DNA of 64,000 nt from positions 1 through 64,000 of the forward strand of contig JBDRQD010000036.1 in NCBI GenBank assembly GCA_043826455.1, given 5' to 3'. Both the position numbers and the translations under genes were made by a program. Positions 1 through 9,807 of this stretch are shown piece after piece. The notes below the pieces were generated by a model. It had not been told where the DNA came from. It did not search any database and saw only the letters and a program-made list of their open reading frames with translations. This DNA comes from Candidatus Bathyarchaeota archaeon (GTDB lineage: Archaea; Thermoproteota; Bathyarchaeia; TCS64). How positions within the stretch are numbered: the first letter of the stretch is position 1; each line of letters opens with the position of its first letter.

Positions 1-174
1 AGGCAACCCCAATAAACCTGAAAAGGATAAATGAAACGAGTAGCCTCAGCCAGATTTAATGTGATTCCTAGCTTTTCGACTCGTCTGTTAACATGCAAAG
101 GCAGCTAAATCCCTGAACCAGGGCGCCCCCGAACCCCTAAATATCTAAACCCGTTTCTTGATGAGGGTGTAGCC

Positions 175-426
175 GTGGGCGTCGCCGAGTTCCTGAAGCC
201 GAGCATCGTCAAGTTGCTGGTCACCCTCGCCATGCCGGTCCCCGTAGCCTACCTGGTCACGTTCAACGTGGACAGCGTGCTGGACTTCTACGGGTACCTT
301 CTAACGCCCACAGTCAGGGTCTGGGCCGACGTCATGCACACGGAGTTCAACATCTGGGTGCTGGCCTGGGTGCCCATGTACCTGGCCAGCTGCCTCCTGG
401 TGCACCTAATTACGCGGCAAAGATAG
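175..426 (+). CDS. small hypothetical membrane protein
   Basis: 83-aa ORF with two hydrophobic segments and GC3-rich codons; AT-rich TATA-like motif upstream. Confidence 0.6.
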   Translation: MGVAEFLKPSIVKLLVTLAMPVPVAYLVTFNVDSVLDFYGYLLTPTVRVWADVMHTEFNIWVLAWVPMYLASCLLVHLITRQR

Positions 427-480
427 TGCTGTAACATCATTACACATTCCTTAAAGGCTCTCGCCCTTGGTTTCCACCGG

Positions 481-978
481 ATGAATCCTTCAGCTAAACT
501 CCTCTACGTCGGCCTGATCCTGCTAACTCTGGGCCTGGGAGGTTTCTACTTCTATTGGGGGGCCCGGGACAGGAGCCTCGTTGAGGAGGCGTCGGGCATG
601 GACCCACGGATAGCGTGTTCTCTCCGGGTGGAGCGGGGCCACGTCTACGAGGTGAGCCTCTCCGCGGAGGACAGCATGGGGCTACCCTGGAACAAGGTGG
701 ACGTGGAGGCCAGCGTCCTCTTCGACGGCGAAACCATCTACAGCGACTCCTTCGCCGTATCCGAGTTCCCGGGGAAGAGCGCCAAAGATGGTTTCAGTTT
801 CAGGGCCGATGTGAGGTCTGACGGACTCCTAGAGGTGGACGGCTACATGAGGGAAGGGCAAAGGTGGAAGGTCAGCATGTACCGGGACCTGCCCCCCATC
901 CTAGAGATCGGCCCTTTCGCCTGCGCCATTGTGGGGCTGCTGGGCTTCATCGGCGTGGTTCAGTCAAAAGAGCTCTAG
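481..978 (+). CDS. hypothetical membrane-anchored protein
   Basis: N- and C-terminal hydrophobic helices flank a beta-rich soluble domain. Confidence 0.65.
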   Translation: MNPSAKLLYVGLILLTLGLGGFYFYWGARDRSLVEEASGMDPRIACSLRVERGHVYEVSLSAEDSMGLPWNKVDVEASVLFDGETIYSDSFAVSEFPGKSAKDGFSFRADVRSDGLLEVDGYMREGQRWKVSMYRDLPPILEIGPFACAIVGLLGFIGVVQSKEL

Positions 979-997
979 CCATCCATATCTTATCATT

Positions 998-1073
998 TGG
1001 AGCCGGGCGAGGGATTCGAACCCCCGTGGAGCCGCTCTGCAGGCGGCCGCCTAAACCGCTCAGCCAACCCGGC
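998..1073 (-). tRNA. tRNA-Cys(GCA), intronless, CCA encoded
   Basis: Reverse complement folds as a cloverleaf: anticodon arm gccgc-CT GCA GA-gcggc, T-loop GTTCGAATC, 3' CCA. Confidence 0.95.
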
Positions 1074-1117
1074 GCGCACTGAAACAAGACAAGGCGACGG
1101 CTTTAACCTTTACGCAG

Positions 1118-1194
1118 TGGTGGGACCGCCCGGACTCGAACCGGGGATCACGCGGACCCAAACCGCGTATCTTACCAAGCTTGACCACGGTCCC
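1118..1194 (-). tRNA. tRNA-Pro(TGG), intronless, CCA encoded
   Basis: Reverse complement: anticodon arm cgcgg-TT TGG GT-ccgcg, T-loop GTTCGAGTC, 3' ACCA. Confidence 0.95.
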
Positions 1195-1232
1195 ACGCGG
1201 CCAAAGGAAAAGGGGGAATTGGTTACTTAAAC

Positions 1233-2450
1233 CTATCCGAACCTCTGCTTAGACTTCTCCAGGCCCTCTATGACGGGCAGAGTCTCACCGGCCAGCATGC
1301 TCAGCATGGCGCCGCCGCCTGTGGACACGTGACTCATCTCCCCGGTGATGCCCAGCATGGAGGCCAATCCGCCCAGGTGGCCCCCGCCCACCACCGTGTA
1401 GCCTCCGCACCTGGCCATGCACCGGAGCAGCTCCTTTGTGCCTATGTCGAAGCCGCGGCGCTCGAACATGCCCATGGGGCCCTCCGCCACCACGGTGCCC
1501 GAGTTCATGATCCTGTGGCTGAACTGGGCTATGGCGTTGAGGCCTATGTCGTAGATGTTTGTCTCGTCTGTGAGCCTCTCAGCCATGACCTCGACGCGCT
1601 CCCTGTTCACGTCCAGGGCCACGTCCACGGGCAGGGTGATCTTGCCAGGGTACTTGTCCATGATGGCCCGGGCCTCCCCCACCTGCTTGAGGCTGTCCTC
1701 GTCCAGCTGCTCGCACCGTTTCCTCATGCCGCCCAGGGCCATGTGGAAGCTGTCCCTGACGAGGCCGCCTATGAGGATGGTGTCGGCCACGTCGTCCCGT
1801 AGGACGCGGCTGATTACGGGTATCCTGTCCTCCACCTTGGCGCCCCCCAGGAGGTAGACGCTGGGCCTGGCCGGGTTGTCCAGGACCCTGTTGAGGGCCC
1901 TGAGCTCGGCCTCCATGAGGCGGCCCGCTACGGTTGGCAGGGTGGCGCAGAGGCCCACGAGGCTGGGCTGGCTCCTGTGGGCGGCTGCGAAGGCGTCGTT
2001 GACGAAGAGGTCCATGAGGGGCGTCATGGTCTTGACGAACTCCGTCTCGGCCAGCTTCTCCATGGGGGCCTCCCTGTTCTCCTCGTCCAGCATCCTGACG
2101 TTGTTGAGGACCAGGACCTGCCCCGGCTGAAGCTCCTTGATCATCCTCTGAGCCTCCTTGCCGATGATGTCGTCGGTGTACTTCACCTCCTGTTGCTCCA
2201 GGTACATCTGCAGCACCTTGGCGTGGAGCTCCAGGCTGGTGAAGTCGTAGCGGCCCGGCCTGCTCTGGTGGGCCCCCACCACCACCTTGGCCCCCTTAAG
2301 GTCCTTTATGGTGGGGGCGACGGCCTGGATCCTGCCGGCGTCCAGGATCCTCTTGCTGGCTGGGTCCAGGGGGGCGTTGATGTCTACGCGGAGGAACACC
2401 GTCTTCCCGGCGACGTCAACGTCTTCTAGGGTAAGGAAGTCGTAAACCAT
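1233..2450 (-). CDS. pgk: phosphoglycerate kinase
   Basis: Motifs RVDINAP, HQSRP, NDAFAAAHRSQPS, GGAKV, HVSTGGGA. Confidence 0.97.
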   Translation of the reverse strand: MVYDFLTLEDVDVAGKTVFLRVDINAPLDPASKRILDAGRIQAVAPTIKDLKGAKVVVGAHQSRPGRYDFTSLELHAKVLQMYLEQQEVKYTDDIIGKEAQRMIKELQPGQVLVLNNVRMLDEENREAPMEKLAETEFVKTMTPLMDLFVNDAFAAAHRSQPSLVGLCATLPTVAGRLMEAELRALNRVLDNPARPSVYLLGGAKVEDRIPVISRVLRDDVADTILIGGLVRDSFHMALGGMRKRCEQLDEDSLKQVGEARAIMDKYPGKITLPVDVALDVNRERVEVMAERLTDETNIYDIGLNAIAQFSHRIMNSGTVVAEGPMGMFERRGFDIGTKELLRCMARCGGYTVVGGGHLGGLASMLGITGEMSHVSTGGGAMLSMLAGETLPVIEGLEKSKQRFG

Positions 2451-2526
2451 GGCTCGTCCCGGCGATTCGATGTACTAGGGCCCCGGATATAAAAGCTCTG
2501 CCCAGACCTTGGGCCTGGGCTGAATC

Positions 2527-3477
2527 TTATATCTCGGTGACCCATAGGAGGGTGTCCCCCTGGTTGACGCTGAGGCTGGTCCTGAGGAAGCTGACAGCCC
2601 CCTTCAGGGGGCTGGTGGCCACTTGGAGGGTCTCCCCTAGGAGGCTGGACACGGTGCCCAGGAGCTCCCCCTCCTGGACTCTCTGGCCGGCCTCTACCCG
2701 CCTCCTCCAGACGCCTCCGTGGGCTGCCCACACCCTCCTGGTGGGCGGGTCCACGGGCGGGTCACCCTGGGCGGCTTCGCCGTCCAGCATGCCCAGGTGG
2801 CGCATGAGGTTCTTTACGCCCAGGAAGTGGTAGAGGACGTCGTCCTCCCGGACCGGGTGGGGGGCCCCGGACTCAGTCATTATGCAGGGTATCCCGTAGA
2901 GCCTGGCGGCCTCCCCGGTGTTCCCCGCGACGTCGGTGGTCTCTATGAAGTCGCAGTCGAAGCACCTGGCCATGTCCAGCATCAGGTCCCTGAGGAGGGG
3001 GTCCTCTGTGCGGTAGATGAACATGCCGTGGGTGGCGTCCTCCCCCAAGTCGGCGCTGTGGAGGTCCACCAGGTGGGTGCTCCTGGCGGCGAAGTGGGTG
3101 AAGACGGTGTGGGCCACCCGCCTGGTCATGGAGCCCTCGGGGTCGCCTGGGAAGACCCTGTTCTGGTTCAGGTGGTCTAGGCTGTTCTCGTAGGGTTTCC
3201 TTGCGTGGAAGCCCTCGGTGTTCACCACGGGCAGCATGATGAGGGTGCCGCTCAGGTCCGAGGCGTCCAAGCTGTCCGCGAGCCTGAGGACTGCCTCCAC
3301 CGGGGCGTACTCCACGGCGTGGACGCCGCTGAGGACGGTGAGCGTTGGTCCCTCCCGGGCTCCGTGGGCCACGATGTAGGGGAGCTGCACCTGGTGGGTG
3401 GAGGCCTGGGCCACCTGCAGGTAGCCGCGCCTTTTCTCTCCTCTGGGTGTCTCCTGGTCTCCGACCTTGAAGCTCAT
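2527..3477 (-). CDS. succinylglutamate desuccinylase/aspartoacylase (AstE/AspA, M14-like Zn deacylase)
   Basis: GVHAVE (HxxE), NQNRVFPG, DLHS, TESG; C-terminal barrel-sandwich hybrid domain. Confidence 0.88.
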   Translation of the reverse strand: MSFKVGDQETPRGEKRRGYLQVAQASTHQVQLPYIVAHGAREGPTLTVLSGVHAVEYAPVEAVLRLADSLDASDLSGTLIMLPVVNTEGFHARKPYENSLDHLNQNRVFPGDPEGSMTRRVAHTVFTHFAARSTHLVDLHSADLGEDATHGMFIYRTEDPLLRDLMLDMARCFDCDFIETTDVAGNTGEAARLYGIPCIMTESGAPHPVREDDVLYHFLGVKNLMRHLGMLDGEAAQGDPPVDPPTRRVWAAHGGVWRRRVEAGQRVQEGELLGTVSSLLGETLQVATSPLKGAVSFLRTSLSVNQGDTLLWVTEI

Positions 3478-3518
3478 GGTATCACCATGGACAGGGTCGG
3501 TGGAGGGGAAAAAACTTG

Positions 3519-4688
3519 TTAATAGGTGTAGTTGGCTGTGAAGGGCTCGCGCCAGTCCTTGTACCAGCCCACCACCCGGGCGCCTTCACCGGTGATGATG
3601 ACTGTGTCCTTGCCCATGAGGAGTTCCCCGCCGGGGGCCCTCACCACAGGGCTGATGGTCAACGCCATGCCCGGCTCCAGCACAGTGTGGTCAGCCGCCG
3701 ACAGGTAGGGGGGTTCGTGGGTGGTGGCGCCGACGCCGGCCCCCACAGCCAGTTTGGGGGCAAGCTGGACGCCTTTCTCGTCCGCGGCGCTTTTCACGGC
3801 CTCGTAGACCTCGCTACACATGGCCCCCGGCTTGATGTGCTGCACGGCCACCTCCCTGAGGGCTATCAGCGAGTTGTAGGCGGCGGTCTGCTCGTCGGTG
3901 GGCTCCCCCATGGTGAGCATCCTGGCGCCGTTGCACCAGTACCCGTCCACGGTGGCGGTGAGCTCCAGCCTCATCCACTCGCGGTGCCTGGGGACCCTGT
4001 CGAAGCCTACGCCGTACATGGGTGCTCCGGGCCAGAACTTGGCTGCGTGTTCCCCCGTGGTGACCTGTGCGATGGCGTGGTGGCCCACCTCGTCCAGCTC
4101 CCTCTCAAGGGCGTGGATTCGGACGTTCTCGGTGTTGCTCATCTCGGTGGTTGCCTGCCTGACCAGGACGTGGTGGGCCTGGCCGGCTATGGCGTGGTCC
4201 GTCTTGGCTGCCACCTCCTCCAGGAGCCTCAGCTCGGCTTGGGTCTTCACTATCCTAAGCTCCCGGAGCCACTCGTCGCAGGGCTCCACCTCGAAGTTCT
4301 CCAGGGCGGCCTCCAGCCGGCTGTAGAGGGCGACGGAGGCGCGCTCCGCGTCCACACCTATCTTGCCTGTCCTGCGGACCGTGTTCTTGGCCAGGTTGGC
4401 GGCGGCCTCCGCCACGTTGCCCGGGTTTCCCGGGTTCTCGGTGTATGTTCTGGTCCTGTTGGCCCAGGCCAGGTTCAGGTAGCTACTCTCCCACTCCTGG
4501 GGGAGGATGCAGACGGGGTCCTCGCCCTTGGCCCAGAAGACGGCCATGTACCTGTCGGGGAAGCTGGGGGGGTAGTGGAGGTAGGCGCCGGTGAGGTACT
4601 GGACGTTGTCGTAGCCGAATACCAGGACGGCGTCGTAGCTGGACTCCTCCAGGCTCGCCTTGACCTTGCTCATTATCTCTTCCTTCAT
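3519..4688 (-). CDS. M24/creatinase-fold protein with degenerate metal-binding site
   Basis: Creatinase N-domain (DAVLVFGYDNVQYLTG) and LRIVKT..EL; ligand positions read E/N/A/S/K; start moved to MKEEIM. Confidence 0.85.
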   Translation of the reverse strand: MKEEIMSKVKASLEESSYDAVLVFGYDNVQYLTGAYLHYPPSFPDRYMAVFWAKGEDPVCILPQEWESSYLNLAWANRTRTYTENPGNPGNVAEAAANLAKNTVRRTGKIGVDAERASVALYSRLEAALENFEVEPCDEWLRELRIVKTQAELRLLEEVAAKTDHAIAGQAHHVLVRQATTEMSNTENVRIHALERELDEVGHHAIAQVTTGEHAAKFWPGAPMYGVGFDRVPRHREWMRLELTATVDGYWCNGARMLTMGEPTDEQTAAYNSLIALREVAVQHIKPGAMCSEVYEAVKSAADEKGVQLAPKLAVGAGVGATTHEPPYLSAADHTVLEPGMALTISPVVRAPGGELLMGKDTVIITGEGARVVGWYKDWREPFTANYTY

Positions 4689-4699
4689 CCTCGTCCCTC

Positions 4700-5857
4700 C
4701 TAGTGGGTGGCCCTCCACCCGGTCACCGCGTAGAGCCTGTCCCAGCTCCTGTACCAGCTCAGCTTCCTAGCGCCGTCCTCGGTGATGAGGTAAACGTCCT
4801 TGCCGTGGATGAGCTCCTGTCTTGGCCCGTAGGTGTATATGTCCAGGGCCAGGGTCATGCCCGGCTGGAGCATTGTGCTGCAGCCTAGGCTCAGGTAGGG
4901 GGCCTCGTGGTGGCTGGCGCCCACTCCGTGGCCTATCCCGGGCTCCTTCCAGAGGCCCACGGCCTGCCTCTCGGCTGCTCTGGCCACGTGGGCGTAGACC
5001 TCGTTGCAGGCTACGCCGGGCTTCATCATCTCCAGGGCGGCGGCCTTGAGTCGCAGGTTGTCGCTGTAGGCGGCCTCCTGCTCGGAGCTGGGCGTGCCCA
5101 CCACCCCCATGCGGCCCAGGTTTGCCCAGTAGCCCATGTAGTGGGCGCTGACGTCCATCCTGAAGAGCTCCTCGTCCTTCACCCAGCCCCTCTGGGGCGT
5201 GTAGTATATCTGGCCCTCGGTGCCGAAAGCCGTGTTGAGGAGGCCGACGCCGCTGGCACCGTTCTCGTTGATGTGGACCCTGATCCGTTCGGTGAACTCG
5301 GCTATGTTGTAGCCGGGAGTCTCCACGGCGCCCTCCAGATGCATGAGGGCCCACACGATGCCCATGTCAGTCTGCTTGCAGGCCCTCTCTATATAGGTGA
5401 CCTCCTCCGGGGTCTTGACCAGGCGGAGACTAGCCATCATCTGGTCGGCTTGCACCCACTCCGCGCCCGGTGCCTTCCTCTGGAGCCGATCCATGGTGGC
5501 CTTGGTGGCCCTGGAGGCGTCGAACCCTATCTTCTTCCTGTCCAGGCTCAGGCTCACCAGGAGCTCCTCCAGGCTGTTGACGAGGGCCTCCGCTCCGACG
5601 GCGCTGTTCTCGTCGTAGCTGATGGTCTCCCCTTTCCATCTCTGGTCCTGTATTGCCTGGGACCAGTCCTGGGGGAAGACTATGACGGGTGAGCCCTCCT
5701 TGGGTAGCAGGGCGGCTGCCCTCCTGTTGGGGTTGTGGTCGGCGAAGGGGAGGACGGTGCGTGTGAGGTAGTTGAAGTTGTCCGGCCCGAACACCAGGAC
5801 CGCGTCCAGCTCCGACTCCTGTATAGCGGCCTTGATCTTGGTTTCAAGTTGATCCAT
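4700..5857 (-). CDS. M24/creatinase-fold protein with partly degenerate metal site (paralog of neighbour)
   Basis: DAVLVFGPDNFNYLT, LRLVKTPEE, GIGHGVG..HEAP; ligand positions read D/N/H/D/K. Confidence 0.85.
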   Translation of the reverse strand: MDQLETKIKAAIQESELDAVLVFGPDNFNYLTRTVLPFADHNPNRRAAALLPKEGSPVIVFPQDWSQAIQDQRWKGETISYDENSAVGAEALVNSLEELLVSLSLDRKKIGFDASRATKATMDRLQRKAPGAEWVQADQMMASLRLVKTPEEVTYIERACKQTDMGIVWALMHLEGAVETPGYNIAEFTERIRVHINENGASGVGLLNTAFGTEGQIYYTPQRGWVKDEELFRMDVSAHYMGYWANLGRMGVVGTPSSEQEAAYSDNLRLKAAALEMMKPGVACNEVYAHVARAAERQAVGLWKEPGIGHGVGASHHEAPYLSLGCSTMLQPGMTLALDIYTYGPRQELIHGKDVYLITEDGARKLSWYRSWDRLYAVTGWRATH

Positions 5858-6030
5858 GATGGGTACTCCTAGTGTTCATAGAATAACGTGACTAAGAAAG
5901 GTGAATTGGTTCAAATATAAGCTACTTTCGATGGCTGGGGCCCGTTACTTATATATGGGGCCTTTCAGGAGCGGAAAAACGGCTGTTTTCACCCTGTTTC
6001 CCGGAGTTGAGCGCCGTTTACTCAGCATAA

Positions 6031-6414
6031 TTACGGGAAGGGGGCGTAGAACTTCTGTATCTCTATGACGTAGCCCTCGGGGTCGCGGAGCAGGAATATC
6101 CGGAGGTTCAGCTCCTTGTCGTCGTGGGGCTCGTTGATGGTCTCCACGCCGTGCCTCTGGAAGTGCCTGTACCATGCGTCCGGGTCGTCCACCACCACTG
6201 TGAGCATCACGGGCTTCGCGTCGCTTGGCTTGTGGTAGCCCACGTTGCCGTCTACGCAGCCCATGTAGGCGTTCTCAGCCACCTGAAATATCTTGGCCCA
6301 CCTCTGGTCCTGGACCAGCTTGAATCCCATGATCTTCTGGTAGAACTCGGCTGCCTTCTTCAGGTCCTTGTAGTAGAAGAAGGTTAGCAGTCCCTTTGCC
6401 TCTGGTTTGGACAT
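6031..6414 (-). CDS. VOC (glyoxalase/bleomycin resistance) family protein
   Basis: DLKKAAEFYQKIMGF and RDPEGYVIEI motifs. Confidence 0.88.
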   Translation of the reverse strand: MSKPEAKGLLTFFYYKDLKKAAEFYQKIMGFKLVQDQRWAKIFQVAENAYMGCVDGNVGYHKPSDAKPVMLTVVVDDPDAWYRHFQRHGVETINEPHDDKELNLRIFLLRDPEGYVIEIQKFYAPFP

Positions 6415-6528
6415 GTATCCTGTAGCCGCCTCACCTTTTATGAGGTTTCCTAGATGCTTTACTCGCCTTGGTTGAATCCCCTAGTTTTTATACAAGTACC
6501 CGGTTCGGGTTGATGAAGGTGGAAGGGC

Positions 6529-7509
6529 TTGTTTGAGGGAATGCTGGTCAACGTCGGGGTGCTCGTCGTCGCTCTGCTGCTGCTGGACAAGTTCAGCCAC
6601 TGGACCATAGTGAACTCGGAGAGAATAGCTAACATAACCGGCTTCGGTTTGACCGCGGTCGGCTTACTCCTCGTCTCGGCGTCCACCACGCTCCCCGAGC
6701 TGTCCGTAGCCATCTTCAGCACCGCCAACGAGGAGTCCGTGGGCGTCGCCATCGGCAACGTTCTGGGCAGCAACATAGTGAACGTGTGCCTCATCTTCGG
6801 CGTCTGCATCCTGTACGCGAGCTGGAAGAACCCGGCATGCATAGAGGTCATCCCCTTCATCACACGGGAGGACGTTAAGAGTCTACAGCTGGGCCTGTTC
6901 GGCGCCAGCCTCATCCCCCTGTCCCTGATCTACCTGGGCTACGCTAGCCGCCTCATAGGCATTGTACTGATTCTGGTCTTCCTCTGGAACTCGTATCAGC
7001 TGAGTAAGAATAGGGGTGGCCTGAAAGATGAAGGGTCGCTGGGAGAGGAACGGAAGAAGCTACCCAAGTATGTCTTAATGGTCTTCATAGGCGCCCTAGG
7101 CGTCATCGGCTGCGCCTACTTCATAGTGGACACCGCCACCTACATCGCCCTGAGCCTGGGCGTCCCCAAGGTCGTCATCGGCTCCACCATCGTCGCCTTC
7201 GGCACCAGCATCCCGGAGCTGGCCACAGGCCTCCAGGCGACCAAGAAAGGGAACATAAACATGGCGTTAGGTAACATCGTGGGGAGCTGCTTCATCAACA
7301 TCACCTTCATCCTCGGGACCACCCTCGTGCTATCCGACCTCACCGTGAACATCGCCGCCTTCACCAACCTGGCCGTATTCAGCCTCATCGCCAACCTGTT
7401 CCTCTGGTACTTCCTCAGCGGAGAGAGGATAAGCAGGCGCGAGGGAGCCGTCCTGGTGTTCCTTTACCTGATGTTTCTGGCCACGAGCCTGAGAGGTTAT
7501 GGTGTATAG
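6529..7509 (+). CDS. sodium:calcium (cation) antiporter, YrbG-like
   Basis: Two alpha repeats STTLPE..GNVLGSN and GTSIPE..GNIVGSC; about 10 TM segments. Confidence 0.92.
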   Translation: MFEGMLVNVGVLVVALLLLDKFSHWTIVNSERIANITGFGLTAVGLLLVSASTTLPELSVAIFSTANEESVGVAIGNVLGSNIVNVCLIFGVCILYASWKNPACIEVIPFITREDVKSLQLGLFGASLIPLSLIYLGYASRLIGIVLILVFLWNSYQLSKNRGGLKDEGSLGEERKKLPKYVLMVFIGALGVIGCAYFIVDTATYIALSLGVPKVVIGSTIVAFGTSIPELATGLQATKKGNINMALGNIVGSCFINITFILGTTLVLSDLTVNIAAFTNLAVFSLIANLFLWYFLSGERISRREGAVLVFLYLMFLATSLRGYGV

Positions 7510-7616
7510 ACCCGTCCAGAACTTTACTGCGACCCTGCCCAGCATCTGGGCCAGGCTTACAATCCTCACTATCAAACATTAATCACTGATGATGTAATTG
7601 ATGAGTTGAGGCTACT

Positions 7617-8600
7617 GTGATCAACCCCGATTATAATGTGGAGCAGGTCTCTGAGATACTATTACATTACATCTCTGGACAACTGGGAAGAGCACTAGAG
7701 TACGAGTGCCCGCCAGTACAGTTCAGTGGAGGCCAAGAGGCGTACCTCTACAGGTTCCAGCTCCGCGGAACGGGAGGGGACCTATCTCGACCTCTCGTCC
7801 TGCGGCTTTTCCCCAAGTACTATCCAACGGGGAGAGCATCATGGGACAGCCTCATCCAGAACACCGTGGCTGACTCAGGCTACCCGGCCCCGCGAGTGTA
7901 CGTGACCTGCACCGATAAGGCTGTCCTTGGGGGCTCCTTCATGGTCATGGAGTATATCGAGGGCGAGCCACTGAGCAACTATGCGCCCCTTAAGATGGCC
8001 GCTCTGCTGGGGCGTGCCCAAGCAGAGCTACACAGCATCAACCCACATCCCATCGCTGCGGCGCTCAGGGCTAAGGGCGTCGCGGAGAGTCGGTACCGTC
8101 TCAGCGGGCTACTTGATTGGCTTCACGGAAACATCAGTGAACGTTACAGTGGCTGGCTGGGAGAGTGCACCCGGTGGCTGAAGGACAACAGACCAGAGGA
8201 GCCTGAGGCCCTGTCCGTGATCCACGGCGACTTCCACCCCCTGAACATCCTAGTGAGGGACGGGGAGGTGGTCGGCGTCCTTGACTGGCCCAACTTCCGG
8301 CTTGCTGACCCGAGCATGGACATCGCTTTCACGCTGGTACTGGCTGAGGGCGCATTCGAGTACGTCATGGATGTGGGTCGGGTAGATGACCTCATCGCAA
8401 CGTACCTGTCAGCCTATCAGCAGGTCCGCCCCATCAACAACCTGAACCTCCCCTACTACAAGGCGCTCAGATGCGTCATGGCCCTTCAGCAGGGAGCCGA
8501 CGGCCAGGCTGTGTGGACTCAGCCCCAGATAGTGGAGTACCTGATTAACGAGATCCATGAAAACACAGATGTCAAGGTAGAACCGCCTACCGCTGCATAA
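7617..8600 (+). CDS. aminoglycoside phosphotransferase (APH)/kinase-like protein
   Basis: FMVMEYIEG, IHGDFHPLNIL, VLDW motifs. Confidence 0.88.
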   Translation: MINPDYNVEQVSEILLHYISGQLGRALEYECPPVQFSGGQEAYLYRFQLRGTGGDLSRPLVLRLFPKYYPTGRASWDSLIQNTVADSGYPAPRVYVTCTDKAVLGGSFMVMEYIEGEPLSNYAPLKMAALLGRAQAELHSINPHPIAAALRAKGVAESRYRLSGLLDWLHGNISERYSGWLGECTRWLKDNRPEEPEALSVIHGDFHPLNILVRDGEVVGVLDWPNFRLADPSMDIAFTLVLAEGAFEYVMDVGRVDDLIATYLSAYQQVRPINNLNLPYYKALRCVMALQQGADGQAVWTQPQIVEYLINEIHENTDVKVEPPTAA

Positions 8601-8609
8601 AGGCTGCTT

Positions 8610-8753
8610 TTAACTAAAAATATATTAAAATTAACCTTAAAAATTTTTCACATTCTTCCACGCAGTTGTCATCCACCCCCAAAAATCACAAATACCCAAC
8701 CACTGGGTACAAACACCCGAAAACGCCAAATTACAAGTAGCTTGTAACAAACC
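8610..8753 (+). repeat. dispersed ~145-bp non-coding element, copy 1
   Basis: Reverse complement of 24356-24497; shared blocks cacattcttccacgcag.tgtcatccacccc, aataccca.ccactgg, aaaacgccaaattac, gtagcttgtaacaa. Confidence 0.85.
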
Positions 8754-8790
8754 ACCAACCTATAAAACCCGCGACGCCCCACAGACAAAC

Positions 8791-9264
8791 ATGGCCAAAC
8801 CAGAAGCTGGAGACAGGGCCCCCGAGTTCACCCTCACCAGCCACGACATGAAGCAGGTGAGCCTCAGAGACTATCGAGGCCGCAGGGTGGTCCTCGCCTT
8901 CTACCCAGGCGCATTCACGGGCGTCTGCAGGAAGGAGCTGTGCACCCTAAGGGACAGCATAGCCCAGCTAGAGGAACTGGACGCCCAGGTACTCGGCATA
9001 AGCGTCAACGACCCCTTCAGCAACAAGGCCTTCCACGAGGAGAACGTCCTCAACTTCCCCCTCCTCAGCGACTACACAAGAGAGGTCGTGAAGAATTACA
9101 CCGTGATCCACCAAGACTTCGCCGGCCTCAAAGGCTACACGGCTGCCAAGCGCAGCGTCTTCATAGTAGACGGAGAAGGCGTCATCAGGTACAAGTGGGT
9201 CTCAGAGGACCCCCGGGTAGAGCCCGACTACACGGAGCTCAGGAAGCAACTGGAGAAAATATAG
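8791..9264 (+). CDS. peroxiredoxin (AhpC/TSA, BCP/AhpE-like)
   Basis: FYPGAFTGVCRKELC (PxxxTxxC), LNFPLLSD, RSVFIVD. Confidence 0.92.
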   Translation: MAKPEAGDRAPEFTLTSHDMKQVSLRDYRGRRVVLAFYPGAFTGVCRKELCTLRDSIAQLEELDAQVLGISVNDPFSNKAFHEENVLNFPLLSDYTREVVKNYTVIHQDFAGLKGYTAAKRSVFIVDGEGVIRYKWVSEDPRVEPDYTELRKQLEKI

Positions 9265-9356
9265 CCACCCACACAATTTTTTAGGCGCACAGGGGACCTT
9301 TCCACGCCAAGTAAATGTTTAATAACCTTCATTCCCCCCAAAACTATGGAGATTTT

Positions 9357-9755
9357 ATGAAAAGCTACGTAAAGATATACGGTCCGCCCCTGCTCAAGGC
9401 CATCAAGACCCTGGAGAAGGTCGCCGTCGACATGCCCGAGGTGTGCATCATGGACACAACCATAGCGGCAGGCCTGGGGGTCCCCAAGATGGGCATAAGC
9501 GTCATGGGGATGACTGAGCCGACCCTGGACTCTCAGGAGGGTGTCCTGATGTTCTTCGGCGGCGAAGGCGTCATCAGCGAGGAGCGGTGCGACACCATCA
9601 TCAGCAAGAGTGGCGAGAGCCTCGGAGAGTACGACTTTTTCTTCGAGTGGTTCACCAAGCCCAACATGAAGCAGGTGGAGGGCCTCATTGAGAGGATCGA
9701 TGAGTCCCTGACGCCCCTGGGCGTCAAGTACACCATCACCACCAAGCCGAGATAA
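9357..9755 (+). CDS. hypothetical protein
   Basis: ORF with host-like codon usage; start placed at MKSYVKIYGPP after a GGAGA RBS-like motif. Confidence 0.75.
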   Translation: MKSYVKIYGPPLLKAIKTLEKVAVDMPEVCIMDTTIAAGLGVPKMGISVMGMTEPTLDSQEGVLMFFGGEGVISEERCDTIISKSGESLGEYDFFFEWFTKPNMKQVEGLIERIDESLTPLGVKYTITTKPR

Positions 9756-9807
9756 CTCTCCTTTTTAAAACCAACAATTTTTTCATAAACAGAGAATCTA
9801 GCGGGGC

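Noticed and set aside
864..1230. ORFs 864-1082 and 997-1230
   Set aside because: Antisense readings of the two tRNA genes.
8610..8690. Peptide MT(T/A)AWKNV encoded within the repeated element
   Set aside because: The frames differ in length and diverge after eight codons between copies; conservation looks nucleotide-level.
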